From Podospora anserina (taxonomy: Eukaryota), in contig CM030337.1 in NCBI GenBank assembly GCA_017654855.1, forward strand, positions 2,480,001 to 2,544,000: a stretch of DNA of 64,000 nt, in the 5' to 3' direction. Within the stretch, counting starts at the first letter, position 1. Each line of letters opens with the position of its first letter. The position numbers and the translations under genes were made by a program. This document shows, piece by piece, positions 9,553 through 22,513 of this stretch. Under the pieces are notes generated by a model. That model had not been told where the DNA came from. It made no database searches and was given only the letters and a program-made list of their open reading frames with translations.

Positions 9553-11774
9553 ATGGCCAAATACGCCAACCCTCCCCAGGACCCCCCGCTGTTCACCGGC
9601 ACCAAGGACTCCATCGTCGCCGACTCCAAGGCTCTCTGCGACAACACACGCTCCCTGCTCGACAAGCTCGTTGCTGAGATCAAGCCGAACGACGCTGCCA
9701 CCTTCGAGTCCGTCCTCCGCCCCCAGATCGAAGACGAGAACCAGAGCTCGCTATCGGCCCGCATCCTTGGCTTCTACCAGTATGTCAGCGCCGATGCCGC
9801 CCTGCGCGATGCCAGCACCGAGGCCGAGAAGATTATGGACGAGTTCGGCATCGAGGTCAGCATGCGCGAGGACGTCTTTAAGCTTGTCGATGCCGTCTAC
9901 AAGAACAGCGGGCTTGCTGAGAGCAAGGAAAAGGACAAGGACCGTCTGATCACCGAAGAGCTGGCCAAGAGCACCGGTCTGGAGAGCGTTGAGAGCGCCA
10001 GACTGTTGGAGAAGGAACACAAGAGCTACATCAAGAATGGCCTCGGTCTTCCCGAGGGTGAGAAGAGGGACCGCTTCAAGGAGATCAAGAAGAAGCTTAG
10101 CCAAATCAGCATTGCCTTCCAGAAGAACCTCAACGAGGAGAATGGCGGCCTCTGGTTCACCCTAGAGGAGCTCGATGGCGTTCCGCAGGATGTCTTGGAC
10201 AGCCTGGAGAAGGGCACCGGCGAGAACGAGGGCAAGCTACGTCTCTCCTTCAAGTACCCCGACCTCTTCCCCACCCTCAAGTTTGCCAAGAACCCCGAAA
10301 CTCGCCGCAAGGTGTTCATCGCGAACGAAAACAAGTGCAACGACAATGTTGAGCTGTTCCGTGAGGCTATCGAGCTTCGTGACGAGGCCGCTCGTCTGCT
10401 CGGTTACCCTGACCACGCCACCTTCCGCATTGAGGACAAGATGGCCAAGACGACCAAAACTGTTCTCGACTTCTTGAACGATCTCAAGGAGCGTCTCGGC
10501 CCCGGTGGTCTCAAGGAAATCGAACACCTCAAGGAGCTGAAGAAGAAGGACCACGAGGAGCGTGGTCTCCCGTACGATGGCAACTACTATCTCTGGGATC
10601 ACCGTTACTACGACCGCCTGATGATTGAGAAGGAGTACAGCATTGATGAGAATGCGATTGCTGAGTACTTCCCAATCACCTCCACCATCGAGGGCATGCT
10701 CAAGATCTTTGAGACGCTCTTTGGCCTCGTTTTCAACCAGTTGACTCCTGAGGACCGCGCGCGTATCTCGCCTACCGGGAAGGCTGAGGATATCGCGTGG
10801 CATGAGGATGTTATCATCTTTAGCGTATGGGACGACAAGTCGGAGGGTGAAGGGTTCGTCGGGTACCTGTACCTGGATCTCCATCCCCGTCAAGGCAAGT
10901 ATGGCCACGCCGCCAACTTCAACCTGCAGCCTGGCTTCATCCAGGCCAACGGTTCAAGACGCTACCCCGCCACTGCCTTGGTATGCAACTTCTCCAAGCC
11001 CACCAAGGAGAAGCCTTCTCTCCTCAAGCACGACGAGGTTGTCACCCTCTTCCACGAGCTGGGTCACGGTATCCATGACCTTGTCGGCCGCACTCAGTAT
11101 GCTCGCTACCATGGCACTTCCACGGTTCGAGACTTTGTGGAAGCCCCCAGTCAGATGCTGGAGAACTGGTGCTGGACCCCCAGTCAACTCAAGAGCCTGA
11201 GCAAACACTACAAGACGGGCGAGTCGATTCCCGACGATCTTATCGAGAAGCTCATCTCGACCAAGCACGTCAACGATGCTCTCTTCAACCTGAGACAGCT
11301 GCACTTTGGCCTGTTCGACATGACGGTTCACACACCCAAGTCGCACGAGGAGCTCAAGAAGCTGGACATCAGCAAACTGTACAATGACCTCCGGGCGGAC
11401 ATTTCCAAGATCAAGGGGCCCGAGGAGCAGGGTGAGGCCAGGTAAGTTTTTTTTTTATTGTCAAGGGCTCGAGTCAGTTTTCAATGCTAACTGTTGTTTG
11501 TAGCAACTGGGGTAACGGCCAGGCGACGTTTGGGCACTTGATTGGGGGTTATGATGCGGGCTATTATGGTTATTTGAGCTCGCAGGTGTATTCGACTGAC
11601 ATGTTTTATACCAAGTTCAAGAAGGACCCGATGAACGAGGTGGAGGGGAGGAGGTACAGGCATACGGTGCTGGCGAAGGGGGGGTCCAGGGATGAGATGG
11701 TTTCGTTGGAGGAGTTTCTTGGGCGGAAGCCGAGTTCGGAGGCTTTTTACAAGGAGTTGGGATTGGAGGGTTGA
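9553..11774 (+). CDS. M3-family metallo-oligopeptidase (thimet oligopeptidase/saccharolysin/MepB-like); intron 11442-11503
   Basis: FHELGHGIH zinc motif, DFVEAPSQMLENW, YLDLHPRQGKYGHAA, FGHLIGGYDAGYYGY; first ATG at 9553. Confidence 0.95.
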
Positions 11775-12622
11775 GGGGTGGCCGCTTTTCTTTTGTGGTT
11801 TGGGCTGGAGTACTTTGCTAGCTATCGTTATCAGGAACAATGTTGCCAGTGTATATCGTTCTCGAATGAAAAGAATTTTGGACTGGTAGATGAGGTGGCA
11901 GTTGTGCTGGGGTGAGGAGGCTGAAAAAAAGGCTTGTTTCGAGTTTGCCACTTCCGTTTGGGTCATCTGAACTTTGTACATTACGCCTCGGCCCGCTTTC
12001 TAGTGTCTCCGAAGGGAAGTCCCGTCCCTCCATGTTGGACTACAAACGACTGCCGAGATCTTCTAGATGTTTGTAACTACCGCGAGTCATCACGTAGCAG
12101 TATTGGAGATACTTGCGCTTCCTCATTTCCGAAGTCCGGTTCTGGTTCTGAAGCTGCAGGTGAAGGATGAAAGGGGGAGAGGCTGGCTCACCGACAACGG
12201 CGGTGAGGGGAGGTGGGTTTGGGCTGGGAATCCTGACTTGGACGGATTAGGAAGGTGAGGTATAGGATCAGCTCTTGAAGGGGCGGGTTGCCGGTGGAGG
12301 TGAGTCGTCGGTGACGGATTTGGCTGCCGGTTGAGTAATGGGGAGAGCTTCCCTTTGGCCGTCGGCAGTTGGAGGGGGTTGTTGTGCTGTGTGCTTTCCT
12401 GAGGTATCTGCTAGGTGGTGAGGCTGTTGGTCAGGTTGTTTGTGGGGGGGGATGGATGTGAGAGATGAGACTGATTATGTACGGAGTACAATTCAACAGG
12501 AAAGGACTCAACTGACCCGTTAGGAGGAGGAGACGAAAAGGGGGTGACCAGGAGGTTTTGCAACTTGGCACAAAAAGAAATGTAGGGTGAGGGTGGGAAG
12601 TGAGAAAATACTAAACCATGAA

Positions 12623-12716
12623 GCCCGATTAGCTCAGCTGGTTAGAGCGTCGTACTAATACTGGAGACAGTATGTAGTCAATGCGAAGGTCAACAGTTCA
12701 ATCCTGTTATTGGGCA
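12623..12716 (+). tRNA. tRNA-Ile (anticodon AAT) with ~20-nt intron (12661-12680)
   Basis: Acceptor stem GCCCGAT/ATTGGGC, D arm GCTC..GAGC, anticodon stem TCGTA/TGCGA with loop CT-AAT-A, T arm AACAG-TTCAATC-CTGTT, and downstream T runs (Pol III terminator). Confidence 0.93.
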
Positions 12717-13565
12717 TCTATCTTTCCTTTTCCTATCTTCTTTTTCTTCTTTTTCTTATTGTCTATTTCTTTGCTCTCGTGGGTGTGACCTCCTGATGGT
12801 TTATGTATAGCTTGGTGGTTGTGATGAATGGCTATGTGACTATTGAAATTTTGGTGTGTAGATTTAATCAAGATTAATGCTAAAAAAGCAAAGAAAAAAC
12901 ATATATACATAAACACAGTGTGAGTCAAGATGTAGATTCCAAAGGTCCTGGTGGAGCATGAAGGGTGTAAGTAAGACTTGAGCTTTGTTTAACCCAAAAC
13001 GAAGTTGGGCTTGGATGAGCTTGGGTGAATAGTTCCCCTTATTTTCCAATGTGGGGAGTGCAGGCAAATTCTATTAAATAGCGGAATGTGATATTTTGGG
13101 ATATCGATATCTTGGGGTAGATTTAGTAGTGTGGTTGTTGTGCGAGGCGCTGAAAGAACAATCAGAAATGGCTACAAAACAATCACAACCAAAGACATCA
13201 AAATTGACACATATCAGGTATCATTACTCCCTTACATCTACTTTAAAAACTCGTTGGTATCCAGTCGCGCGCAACAAAAGCAACGCTTGATAACACAAAA
13301 GAAATACCCCCTTCCCACAAGAGAAGAAAAAGAAAAAGAACAACGCCGCTTCCGACCCACAGCCCAACACTAAGAAAAATGCCCACCATAAACCCCTCCA
13401 ATGACCATGCCCATGCCCGATCCTTTTTGGCCATGAAACCCTCATGAATACTCCAAAGAAGACATTACCAGTTATGAGTTATGAAGGAAATGTTTGATGT
13501 TGTAAAAGGAAAATGCCAAAAACTCCAAATCGATTTCCCCCCCAAACACCGTTGAAATGCTCAGC

Positions 13566-14993
13566 TCAGGCGAGTGGAGCGCAGCCGAAAGAAGTACCAA
13601 CGGCACCCGTCTCGTAGCGGATTGTGATGTCCTTGACAGCCGAGTAGGTGCCGAGCCCGAGAATGACCATGCCCACAATGAACGCCACCACGTTGAGCGC
13701 ACCCAGCATGATGTTCCATGGCGTCCACTTGCCCTCCTTGATGAACATGAACCACATGATGGCCGGGAAGTAGAATGTGAAGCCAGACAGGAAGATGGCA
13801 GCGCAGATGGCCAACAGGGGCGAGAAGAAGGGAATGGCCTCGGCAACGACAAAGGCGACGATTGTGATGGCGGCATCGACACCAATCCAGGTGATCCAGC
13901 CCATGGGGGTGTTGACGTAGCGGATAACCGAGTCCTTGAACCACTTGCCATGGATGTAACGGGCGCAGACAACCGTGTTGATGCTGCCAGAGATGTAGAT
14001 GACGGGCAGGGCGACACCAAAGGCAACCTTGGACATGGTGGGGCCAGCCGAGAGGAGAGCAGGGGCCTGGACATCGTGACCAACAAAGGCGAACACGAGG
14101 GCGCCGGTGATGGTGTAGAGGAAGATCTCGAAGATGCCGAGAGAGAAGATGGCGCGGGGATAGTCGGCTGGAGTGTGCATCTCGTCCATGAAGCTGAACT
14201 GGCAAAGCGAGTAGCTGTATGCGAACACAATGTTGGTGACCGCAATGAAGCCCTCGTGCAGCGTCAAGCCCTCCTTGGGGTAGGCAGACCAGCTGACAGC
14301 AGCCAGACCGCCGTCAGCGTTGGCCGACTGGATGCCGGTCGCGATGATAGTGACACCGATGGCACCAATGATGGAGACGAAATCGACGTATCCGAGAATG
14401 GCCATTTCGGAGAAGGTGGGCGGGATGGCCAGGAGGAACAGGAGAATGCCCGAGACGACGGCAAAGACGACAGTGCAGGCGCCATTGTTGGTCAGGTTCC
14501 CAAACATGATAGCTCCCGTCAAAACGTGGGAGGCGGTGGTGAAGGTGAGCTGCAGGACGAACATGAACGTCATGATAATGTACCCCCACTTGCCAAACAT
14601 CATTCTGCCGGCGTCGGTGTAGTGGGCGATGTGGGGGTACTTGACCTTGACCTGACCGACGACATAACTGCAGTACATGGCCAAAAGACCCATGCTGACA
14701 GAAATGATGACGCCGAGAATCATGCCCAGTGATGCGAAGGCGGCCGGAAGACTGAGACTGCCCAGGGCGACGGCAGTCACGATGAGCACAACCGTCAGGC
14801 GTTTCCATCCAAGCTGGTGGAAAGCGGCCTCACCCTCTGCCAGCTTCTGTCTCTCAAAGTCGTAGTCGGCGGCACCCCTGTTGGCGCGGACGTCACCCTC
14901 CATGGAAGAGGCATGGCCGGAGCCGGTTCTCTCGATACCGGCCTTCTCCTTCTCGGTAAGGCTCACGCCCGTGCTTGGAGTGATTTCCGCCAT
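13566..14993 (-). CDS. mtr: Neutral amino acid permease (AAAP/Aa_trans family, Neurospora Mtr-like), intronless
   Basis: FHQLGWKRLTVVLIVTAVALGSLSLP, FSFMDEMHTPADY, about 11 hydrophobic segments; first ATG (AAC-ATG-G) at 14993. Confidence 0.88.
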   Translation of the reverse strand: MAEITPSTGVSLTEKEKAGIERTGSGHASSMEGDVRANRGAADYDFERQKLAEGEAAFHQLGWKRLTVVLIVTAVALGSLSLPAAFASLGMILGVIISVSMGLLAMYCSYVVGQVKVKYPHIAHYTDAGRMMFGKWGYIIMTFMFVLQLTFTTASHVLTGAIMFGNLTNNGACTVVFAVVSGILLFLLAIPPTFSEMAILGYVDFVSIIGAIGVTIIATGIQSANADGGLAAVSWSAYPKEGLTLHEGFIAVTNIVFAYSYSLCQFSFMDEMHTPADYPRAIFSLGIFEIFLYTITGALVFAFVGHDVQAPALLSAGPTMSKVAFGVALPVIYISGSINTVVCARYIHGKWFKDSVIRYVNTPMGWITWIGVDAAITIVAFVVAEAIPFFSPLLAICAAIFLSGFTFYFPAIMWFMFIKEGKWTPWNIMLGALNVVAFIVGMVILGLGTYSAVKDITIRYETGAVGTSFGCAPLA

Positions 14994-17252
14994 GTTGAAA
15001 AAGCCTGTCGTCCCAACACTAGGTAAACGACCCGCCTGCTGAAGCTGTTGAAACTCGACAGGAGCGTGGCGTGATGGGCCGGGGTAGTGCCAGGTAGGGC
15101 GATGTGGGGATGGCGAAGTGGCGGACGGATGGGTGAAGAGTGAAGAGAGAAGAACCGAAGTCCGTGGGGAGATGGACTTTATGAACGAGTGTTGCAGGTC
15201 AAAAATTGTTGAACAGAAAAATGACCAGGACAAGCACCATTGACACAAAGCCAGTTCCCAAAATGTGTTCCGGATTGGATGGAGAGCCGAACTGCTGGGG
15301 AAGCAGGGAAAAGAGAGAAACTTTAAAAGAAAGCGTCAAACCTCAGTTCCAAGCTCGAGTCAGGCAACGGCAAGCACATCCCTACCATGCCGTTCATGCT
15401 CCGGCCGATCTCGGTGAACGAATTGAGGCGCGGGAACACCGGCAGGGACGTCCCATCGCCACCGAGGAGGATACCCCGATGGTTATCCCGATGGCTGTTG
15501 CTGGCTGGCCAGTATCATCAGATGAGCAGCTGTTCACCCAACGGCCCCGGAAAGAGCTCTCCCCAGATTTCGTGAGTAACCAGCACCGGTCCAAAACACT
15601 AAGCTTCCATTACCCAATGCCGCAGGGTCTCAAGGGCTTCGGGTATCCTCACACGGTGTGCTGTCAAGGCCAGGACCCCTCTGCAAGCCCTAGGCTGTCG
15701 TTGCTCCTGCATGTCGCAGACGGAGTTCATGGCCGGCCGGTCCACCCTCCCCGCATGAAGCATCTCTCCCACAGGTTCTAGAAGATGAGAAGCGGCAAAC
15801 GGCGTATCTGAGAAGCCCTGTGTTCATGTGGCGGCTCGAGAATGTGTTGATTGTGGGGGCGCGGTAGCGGACATTCCGATGTGTGTACCGGTAGACGAAT
15901 TGCCGTATCACTGGGAAAACACCATAGGGCAAAAACGGTTCATCTCGACAAGCCAGGAGCCAGCAATGAGCCAACTGCCAGTAGCGCCGGTACTTTGGTA
16001 GTTGGTGTGGTGACGACACTGTGGGACCCCTCAAACGCAGAAAAGGCGCCGTCTCGCCAGCCTCACGCCGATGTCCGCGGCAAAGCTTATTTTCCTCCTG
16101 ATGCCCAATGCCAATGGCTGCGCTTGCACCGAGGAGGCACGGAGGTAGCACCCTGAAAAAGCTTGGTTCAACTGCGCTGTTCCGGACTGTCTGCGCCGTC
16201 TCCAGAGATCGTTGGAAGAGCCCGAGGTGTTAGATGGACCGGGATTCGCATTCTCGGGATCCTCGATTATTCCATCTCCAGCTCAGGCGGTGAAAATTGA
16301 GATGGTCGGCAACGTGCGAGATCGGTGTTGTCTCTCCGGGATCCCATCTCTCGTTCGCTGGGGGAGGCGGTGCAAACCCCAGAATGCAACTGCCAGTCCC
16401 CACCAGCCGCTGATGGGCGAGGCTTTTGTTGATGACCAATGCCAAACTTGTGAAGAAAACACTTAGTCACGGTTTGCTTGGGACCTGTCGTATATGTTTA
16501 ATGTGGCCGGCTTGGTCTCTTGGAGTCTCTTGGGCACAACAGGCCCAGATCTTTCGGGTGATCGTCTCGGGAGTCCACATTTTGTTTTGCCTTCTCAACA
16601 TGTCTCTGAGTCATCAAGTAGACCGGCACTTGAGAGGTCTGTTGTGAAGCTGAGAAAGAACGGGAGAGCGGACCATTGTTGAAGGTGGAAGAATGCCAAG
16701 AAGTTGGTTTTTGGCTTCAGAAGCCGTGGAAGCATCCAATATTGACTTCATGCAAGATGCCAGGAAGTGTGCGCTTGGCACACATTCCCGAATCAAGTGA
16801 AGTCTTGGCATTGCAAAGATCACAACCCTAACCCTTCACAGGAATCCGGTGGCGCTATCTGTGGCTGAAGCGAAGCAAGGTGTGGCGCACATGAGGCTTG
16901 GCCTCCACATTGAAAGTAAACAAACGGAGCGTGTTCTAACCAATCAACGACGTCTGGCATTTTATTAACTGCGACTTCCCTGCTCCCCCTCCAAATGTCA
17001 ATGGATCCCACAGTTTGACTTTTGACACCATCACCAAACACGCGACTTGGGCCGACGATCCAAGCCTTCCTCGATTGACCCGTGATTGATTATTATCTGA
17101 TATCGCCAGACGACAATGTCCGTATGTTATTGTTGAGGAGAAACGAACCCAACCCATATTCCAGTTAGCGGTAGCGGTAGCCGACTCGATCGCGTCTTAA
17201 CTCGCGACAAACCCTCGAAACTCGACCTCTCTGAGCAAACAACCACACAAAA

Positions 17253-19978
17253 ATGTCTATGATGGACTCGGAGGACGTGTTCTTCTGCCTTGAGAACCGG
17301 CTGGCATCGTTCCAAGCAACACAACCTGCCTCCAAAGGCAGAGCCTCCAATGCAAACTCTCGCGGTCCAAAACAGCTGCAATGGCCACACAAAACCCTCT
17401 CCCCTGTTGCGGTAAGCTTCCTAGCTGATTTCCCTCGGGGTTTCAAGACTGACTTTTGCTGTGATAGTTTGCAAAAGCCGGATTCTTCTTCGAGCCATAC
17501 CCGCAAAGCCCCGACAATGTTGTGTGCTTTTTGTGCGACAAGTCACTCGACGGGTGGGAAGAGCATGACAATCCTCTGGAGGAACACCTGAAGCACTCGC
17601 CAACGTGCGGGTGGGCCATCATGGCAGCCATCGAGGCCGGCATGGGCAACTATGGGAAGGTACACCCTCTCGACCCGTTCATGGTCGAGGCCCGCAAAGC
17701 AACGTTTGCCGGCAGGTGGCCCTACGAGACCAAAAAGGGCTTCAAGTGCAAGACTAAAAAGGTAGGAACGACGAACCCTTGACCGTTGGCCCAAGACTGA
17801 CTCGCCGGAACATAGCTTGTCGAGGCCGGCTGGAAGTACACACCATCGCGGGAGGCGGAGGACATGGCCACGTGCGCCTACTGCCAACTCGCCCTCGAGG
17901 GATGGGAGTCGGACGACAACCCGTGGGACGAACACTACAACCGTGCGCCCGAATGCCCATTCTTCACTCTCATCAGCTCGCAACCGGCACCAAAGAAGTC
18001 GGGGAGAGCCAAGGCAGCTAGACCCTCCAAGGCCTCGCGGCTCTCGGTGCAGTCCATTGCTACCATCGCCACTGGTGCCTCCGACTTGACCTCTGTTGGA
18101 GACCTCACCCTCGACCAAGACGACAGTGTTATGACAACTGCGTCCACCATGACCCAAGGTGCCAAGAAAACGACAAAGGGACGCAAGGCGACTACTGCAA
18201 AGGGCCGGAAGGCCAAAGCAAAGAAGGAAGAGGTCGTCGAGATACACGAAGACGAACCGCAAGTAGAAGCACCTCCACCAAAGCCCGCCAGAGGACGTAA
18301 GCGTTCTAGCGACACAATGGAGGAACCTTCCATGATCAACGCCGAGGCTCCAGCTCCCAAGAAACGGGCCACACGCACCAAGAAGAACGCTGCCGTAGAG
18401 CCGCCCGCAGCGCCACAAGACGTTGATATGGTCGATGTCATTGAGCAGCCACCACCCCCGGCCAAGAAGAAGGGCCGGGGGCCCACCACAAAGTCCCGCA
18501 AGGTCTCGCAAGCCTCGGTCCAGTCGGAGCCATTGGATGTGCCAGATGACGATGAGATTGAGCGCCAATTAGAAGCCGATCCCGACCGGTGCGAAGAGCC
18601 AGCTCTCGAAGAACCAGTCGTCGAAGAACCAATCATCGAAGAGCCGGTTGTCGAAGAGCCAGCTGCTGCAGAGCCGGTTGTCGCAGAACCCGAGGTGGAA
18701 GCGCCACGGCCAAAGACAAAAGGAAGGCCCAAGAAATCTACCACTGCACGCAAGACAAGTCAGGTGGCGGAGGAAGAGAGCAGGATACACCCCATGTTCG
18801 ACGCAACACCTGCGGAACCTGACGAGGCCGAGATCGATGCTGAATACAAGGCTCTTCTCGCCGAGGTTGATCCAGAACCAGAGGAGCCAGAGGAGCAAGA
18901 GATCATGGTCCCGAAGAAGGGACGGAAGGCAGGGACTCGGAAAACATCAAAGACGAAGAAGCCTAAGGAGCCTGTGGCCGAGCCAGAACCTGTGGATGAA
19001 ATCGCCGAAGCTCCTGCGCCATCAGTCGGTGATGTCCAGTACCCAACCCTTAAGATGGAGGATGCCGTTCCAGAACCTGAGGCCAAGTCAGAGCCTCAAC
19101 CAGAAGAAGTTGATCCGGATGCCAGCAGCGGTACTGTTGTAACCCAGCCTGTGAAGAGGGGTCGCGGTCGTCCCTCGAAGAAGTCTTTGGCTGAACGGGC
19201 ATCTCTCGAGGCACGGGCGTCTCTGGAGGTCCGGGCATCACTCGACGCACGAGCGTCCGTCGAGGACGTCGAACCGGCACCAAGGCCACGACGATCATCT
19301 GCCAGAATAGTCAAAGCTCGCGAGTCTGTTTTAGCGAAGGCGACGACGCCAGAACCGGTCCAGGTTGAGAAGAAGCCTGCCAAACCTCCAACACCACCAC
19401 CCGCCCCAGTTGTCGAAGCTGCACCTGTCCCACCGACCCCGATGAGAACCAACAAGTCTCTTCCACCACCTCCTCCTTCATCTGCCAGCCAGCACCCATC
19501 AACGCCGAGAACACAACCCAGCCGACGGGCGAAACAAGCAACCATGTCCCCTTCGCCGTCGCCGCAATCCTCGGATGCAGAAAACACACGGCGATCGCTG
19601 ACCAAGACAACAGCTGTTAGCGTCGTCTCCAACAGAGTTGCGCTATCACCAGTTGTTGCCACCCCGAGTCGGAGTTCCCCGTCGAAACGAGCTACGCTGG
19701 GCGGACTTCAGAGTGCCACGCCCTGGCAGCCGACAGATCTCGAGATGGTATTTTCACCATCGAACAATCCAAACAAGGAGAATGGTGTCTCCAGGTTGCT
19801 GAGCAAGGGCAAGGACTTGACCAGCCCTGAGAAGGGCATGACGGTGGAGGAGTGGATTTACCACAATGCTGAGCTGGCAGAGCAGATGCTCAAGATGGAA
19901 TGTGAGAATATGGTCTCGGCCTTTGAGAGGGAGGGTACGAGGGCGATGAGGGTGTTGGAGGGGCTGATTGTTGAGTAG
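17253..19978 (+). CDS. bir1: Bir1/survivin-family chromosomal passenger protein with two BIR domains and AT-hook-like motifs; introns 17412-17467 and 17762-17815
   Basis: RLASF...WP; AKAGFF...VVCFLCDKSLDGWEEHDNPLEEHLKHSPTC; second BIR CAYCQLALEGWESDDNPWDEHYNRAPEC; KRGRGRP; C-terminal MTVEEWI...CE..VSAFEREG helix. Confidence 0.93.
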
Positions 19979-20696
19979 ATCAAGGTTGTGTGGGTTAGTG
20001 AGGGTTCAGGCTGCATGGAGCATTGCCGGCACAGTAATAAGGCGTTGTTTGGGTTTCGGGTGGTTTTGCGCTTAGGGTTGTTTAGCTGCTCAATCAAGGG
20101 TTATTGTGTTGTATGCCTCAGACTTTACCTCATCCACACGAAGAACTCATCAAAAGAGGGCGTATTGGAAGCTGCTGAATGTTTGTCAGCCAGAAGTTAT
20201 TGGACGCCACTCAGATCAAACTGCGGCTTTTCTCCCTGGACTTCACCACACCTTGGTGTGTAACACCCCGCATGCTAGACGAATACGCTCGGTACGCTCT
20301 TGTGGTTGGAGCCATATGATTGGAGGGTCGACGGAGATCAACATGAGCATGCATGAGCATTGGATATGTGCACGGCGCATGCACTCGCACCAACTACGAA
20401 ACATCGAGTGAGAGAGCTGTGCGAATGATTACAGGTGGGATTCGGGCTTGACAATCACTTTGATCATACATGGCAAGCCCTCCACTCGGGGATAGTTGAG
20501 CAGTGAAATGCACCTAATGTATGGCTCACACCCTTCCACACGAGATAAGGGATTCATCCATGTTATATCGTTATATCTACCACTGGGTCCCTCGCCCATG
20601 ACCACTCCGTTGTCAATCTTTTTTGGCCGCCCCATCTTACTCTCTCTCCTTGCAAATCCCTTGAAGAAACAAACCACCACCATCAATCACCACATC

Positions 20697-22513
20697 ATGT
20701 CCCACATCACCCTCTCCCTCCTCCTCTCCCTAACAGAACTAACCCTCTCCCACCTCTTCCTTCCCCCCCTCCCCATCCCTCCCTCTTACCTCCTCCCCCT
20801 TTTCCTCGCGCATTACCTCCCCTTGAAATTCTACTCCCTCTTCCTCCACCCCTTTTATTTCTCCCCGTTACGCACCCTCCCCACACCTGGGGGAAACCTC
20901 CCCCTGCTAGGCCAAACCCTCACCCTCCTCCGCGCAACCTCCCCCGTGCAAACATACGTTGATTGGGCCAACCGTTACCCACGTGCCCCGTTTATCCGGT
21001 TTTTGGGTCTGTTCCATTCAGAGATGGTACTAGTTGCCAGTCCGGAGGCGCACAAGGAGGTGTTGATGACGCACTGTTATGAGTTTAAGAAGCCGGATAT
21101 CATGTACAGGTTTGTTGTGCCCGGGGTTTCTTGTGTTTTTTTTTTTGGTTTTTTGTTTTTTTTACTAAGATGATGCACAGGTTTATTGGGGATTTTGTCG
21201 GGATGGGGTTGTTGTTTGCTGAGGGGGGGGAGCATAAGATTGCGAGGAGGAGGTTGAATGGGGTTTTTGGGGTTGGGAGTGTGAGGAGGGTCATGGGGGT
21301 GCTTTGGGGGATGGCGGGGGGGTTGGGGGGGGTTGTGGAGGGGATGGTAGGGGAGGAAGGGGAGGGGGTGGTTGATGGTGAGTTGATGGTGAACGCTAAA
21401 AATCGGGAAGGGGGCTGATGAAAAAGGGACAGTGAATGAGCTTTATGTCAAGGCTACTATTGATGTGACGGGGGCGACGATTTTGGGGGTTGAGTTAGGG
21501 AATTTGAGGGGGGAGGAAGAAGGGGGGGATATGGAGTATGTTTTTCAGACTTTCGGTTGGGCCATGGAGGTGCTGATATAGAGGGTAGCTTTCTCACTTC
21601 CTTCCGCCGCGTCTTCCAGCAGCCCCCGCTTTCCGCCCTCATCTCCTTCATCAACCTCTTCCTCCCCATCCGCCGCTTCCTCCCCATCGAGGCCAACCTA
21701 GGCTACCTCCGCGCCTCGGCACAACTCCGCCGGATGACCCTCGACATTGTCAAGAACCGCGTCAAAGAACTGGCTCAACCGGACTATCGCAACCCTGTCA
21801 GCAACGGAGCTGACTTGCTCACGATGATGCTAGAGGGGGAGATGTCCCTCAGCAAAGCCGGCGACAAAATGACAGAAGACCAAATCACGAACGAGCTGCT
21901 GACCTTCATCGCGGCGGGGCATGAGACCTCGGCTAATGCCCTCCTGTGGGCGAGCTATGTCTTGGCTGTCCACCCTGACATACAGACGCGTCTCCGCAGG
22001 GAAATCACATCCCATTTCGAGGCTGGCAAAACCCCGACTTATGAGCAGCTCGAGTCGCTTGTTTATCTCCACAACTTTTGCAGGGAAATCCTCAGGCGGT
22101 ATTGTCCTGCGTTGATGACGTTTAGGGAGGCACTGAAAGATCTTACCATTTGTGGCACTTTTATCCCAAGGGGCACCGTACTTCTTCTCCTCCCGGCGGT
22201 GGCCTCACGGACGGCCTGGGTTTGGGGGGAGGATGTTGACGAGTTTAAGCCGGAGAGGTGGGAGAATTTGGCAGGGACGGAGGCGGACAGCCCTTATGCT
22301 TTTGGGGCGTTTATGCATGGGCCGAGGATATGCATAGGGAAGCAGTTTGCCATGGTTGAGTTCAAGGTTTTGGTTGTGGAGCTGGTGACCAGGTTTGAGT
22401 TTGGGATGACGGAGGAGTTGGAGGGGCTTGGGGGGAGGGAGCCGAGGACGACGAACCCGGGGATGGGGTATGTTCCTGCTGGGGGGATGAGGGTTAAGTT
22501 TAGGAAGATTTGA
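20697..22513 (+). CDS. Cytochrome P450 monooxygenase; introns 21110-21180, 21378-21432, 21536-21588
   Basis: N-terminal hydrophobic anchor, I-helix AAGHETS, EILR, FKPERW, heme motif FMHGPRICIG. Confidence 0.93.

Noticed and set aside
13557-14732. 391-aa plus-strand ORF
   Set aside because: Antisense shadow of the codon-biased Mtr permease; no independent motif.
14994-15248. In-frame non-ATG extension upstream of mtr
   Set aside because: No near-cognate codon in convincing context and no targeting-like composition; looks like pyrimidine-rich 5' UTR or promoter.
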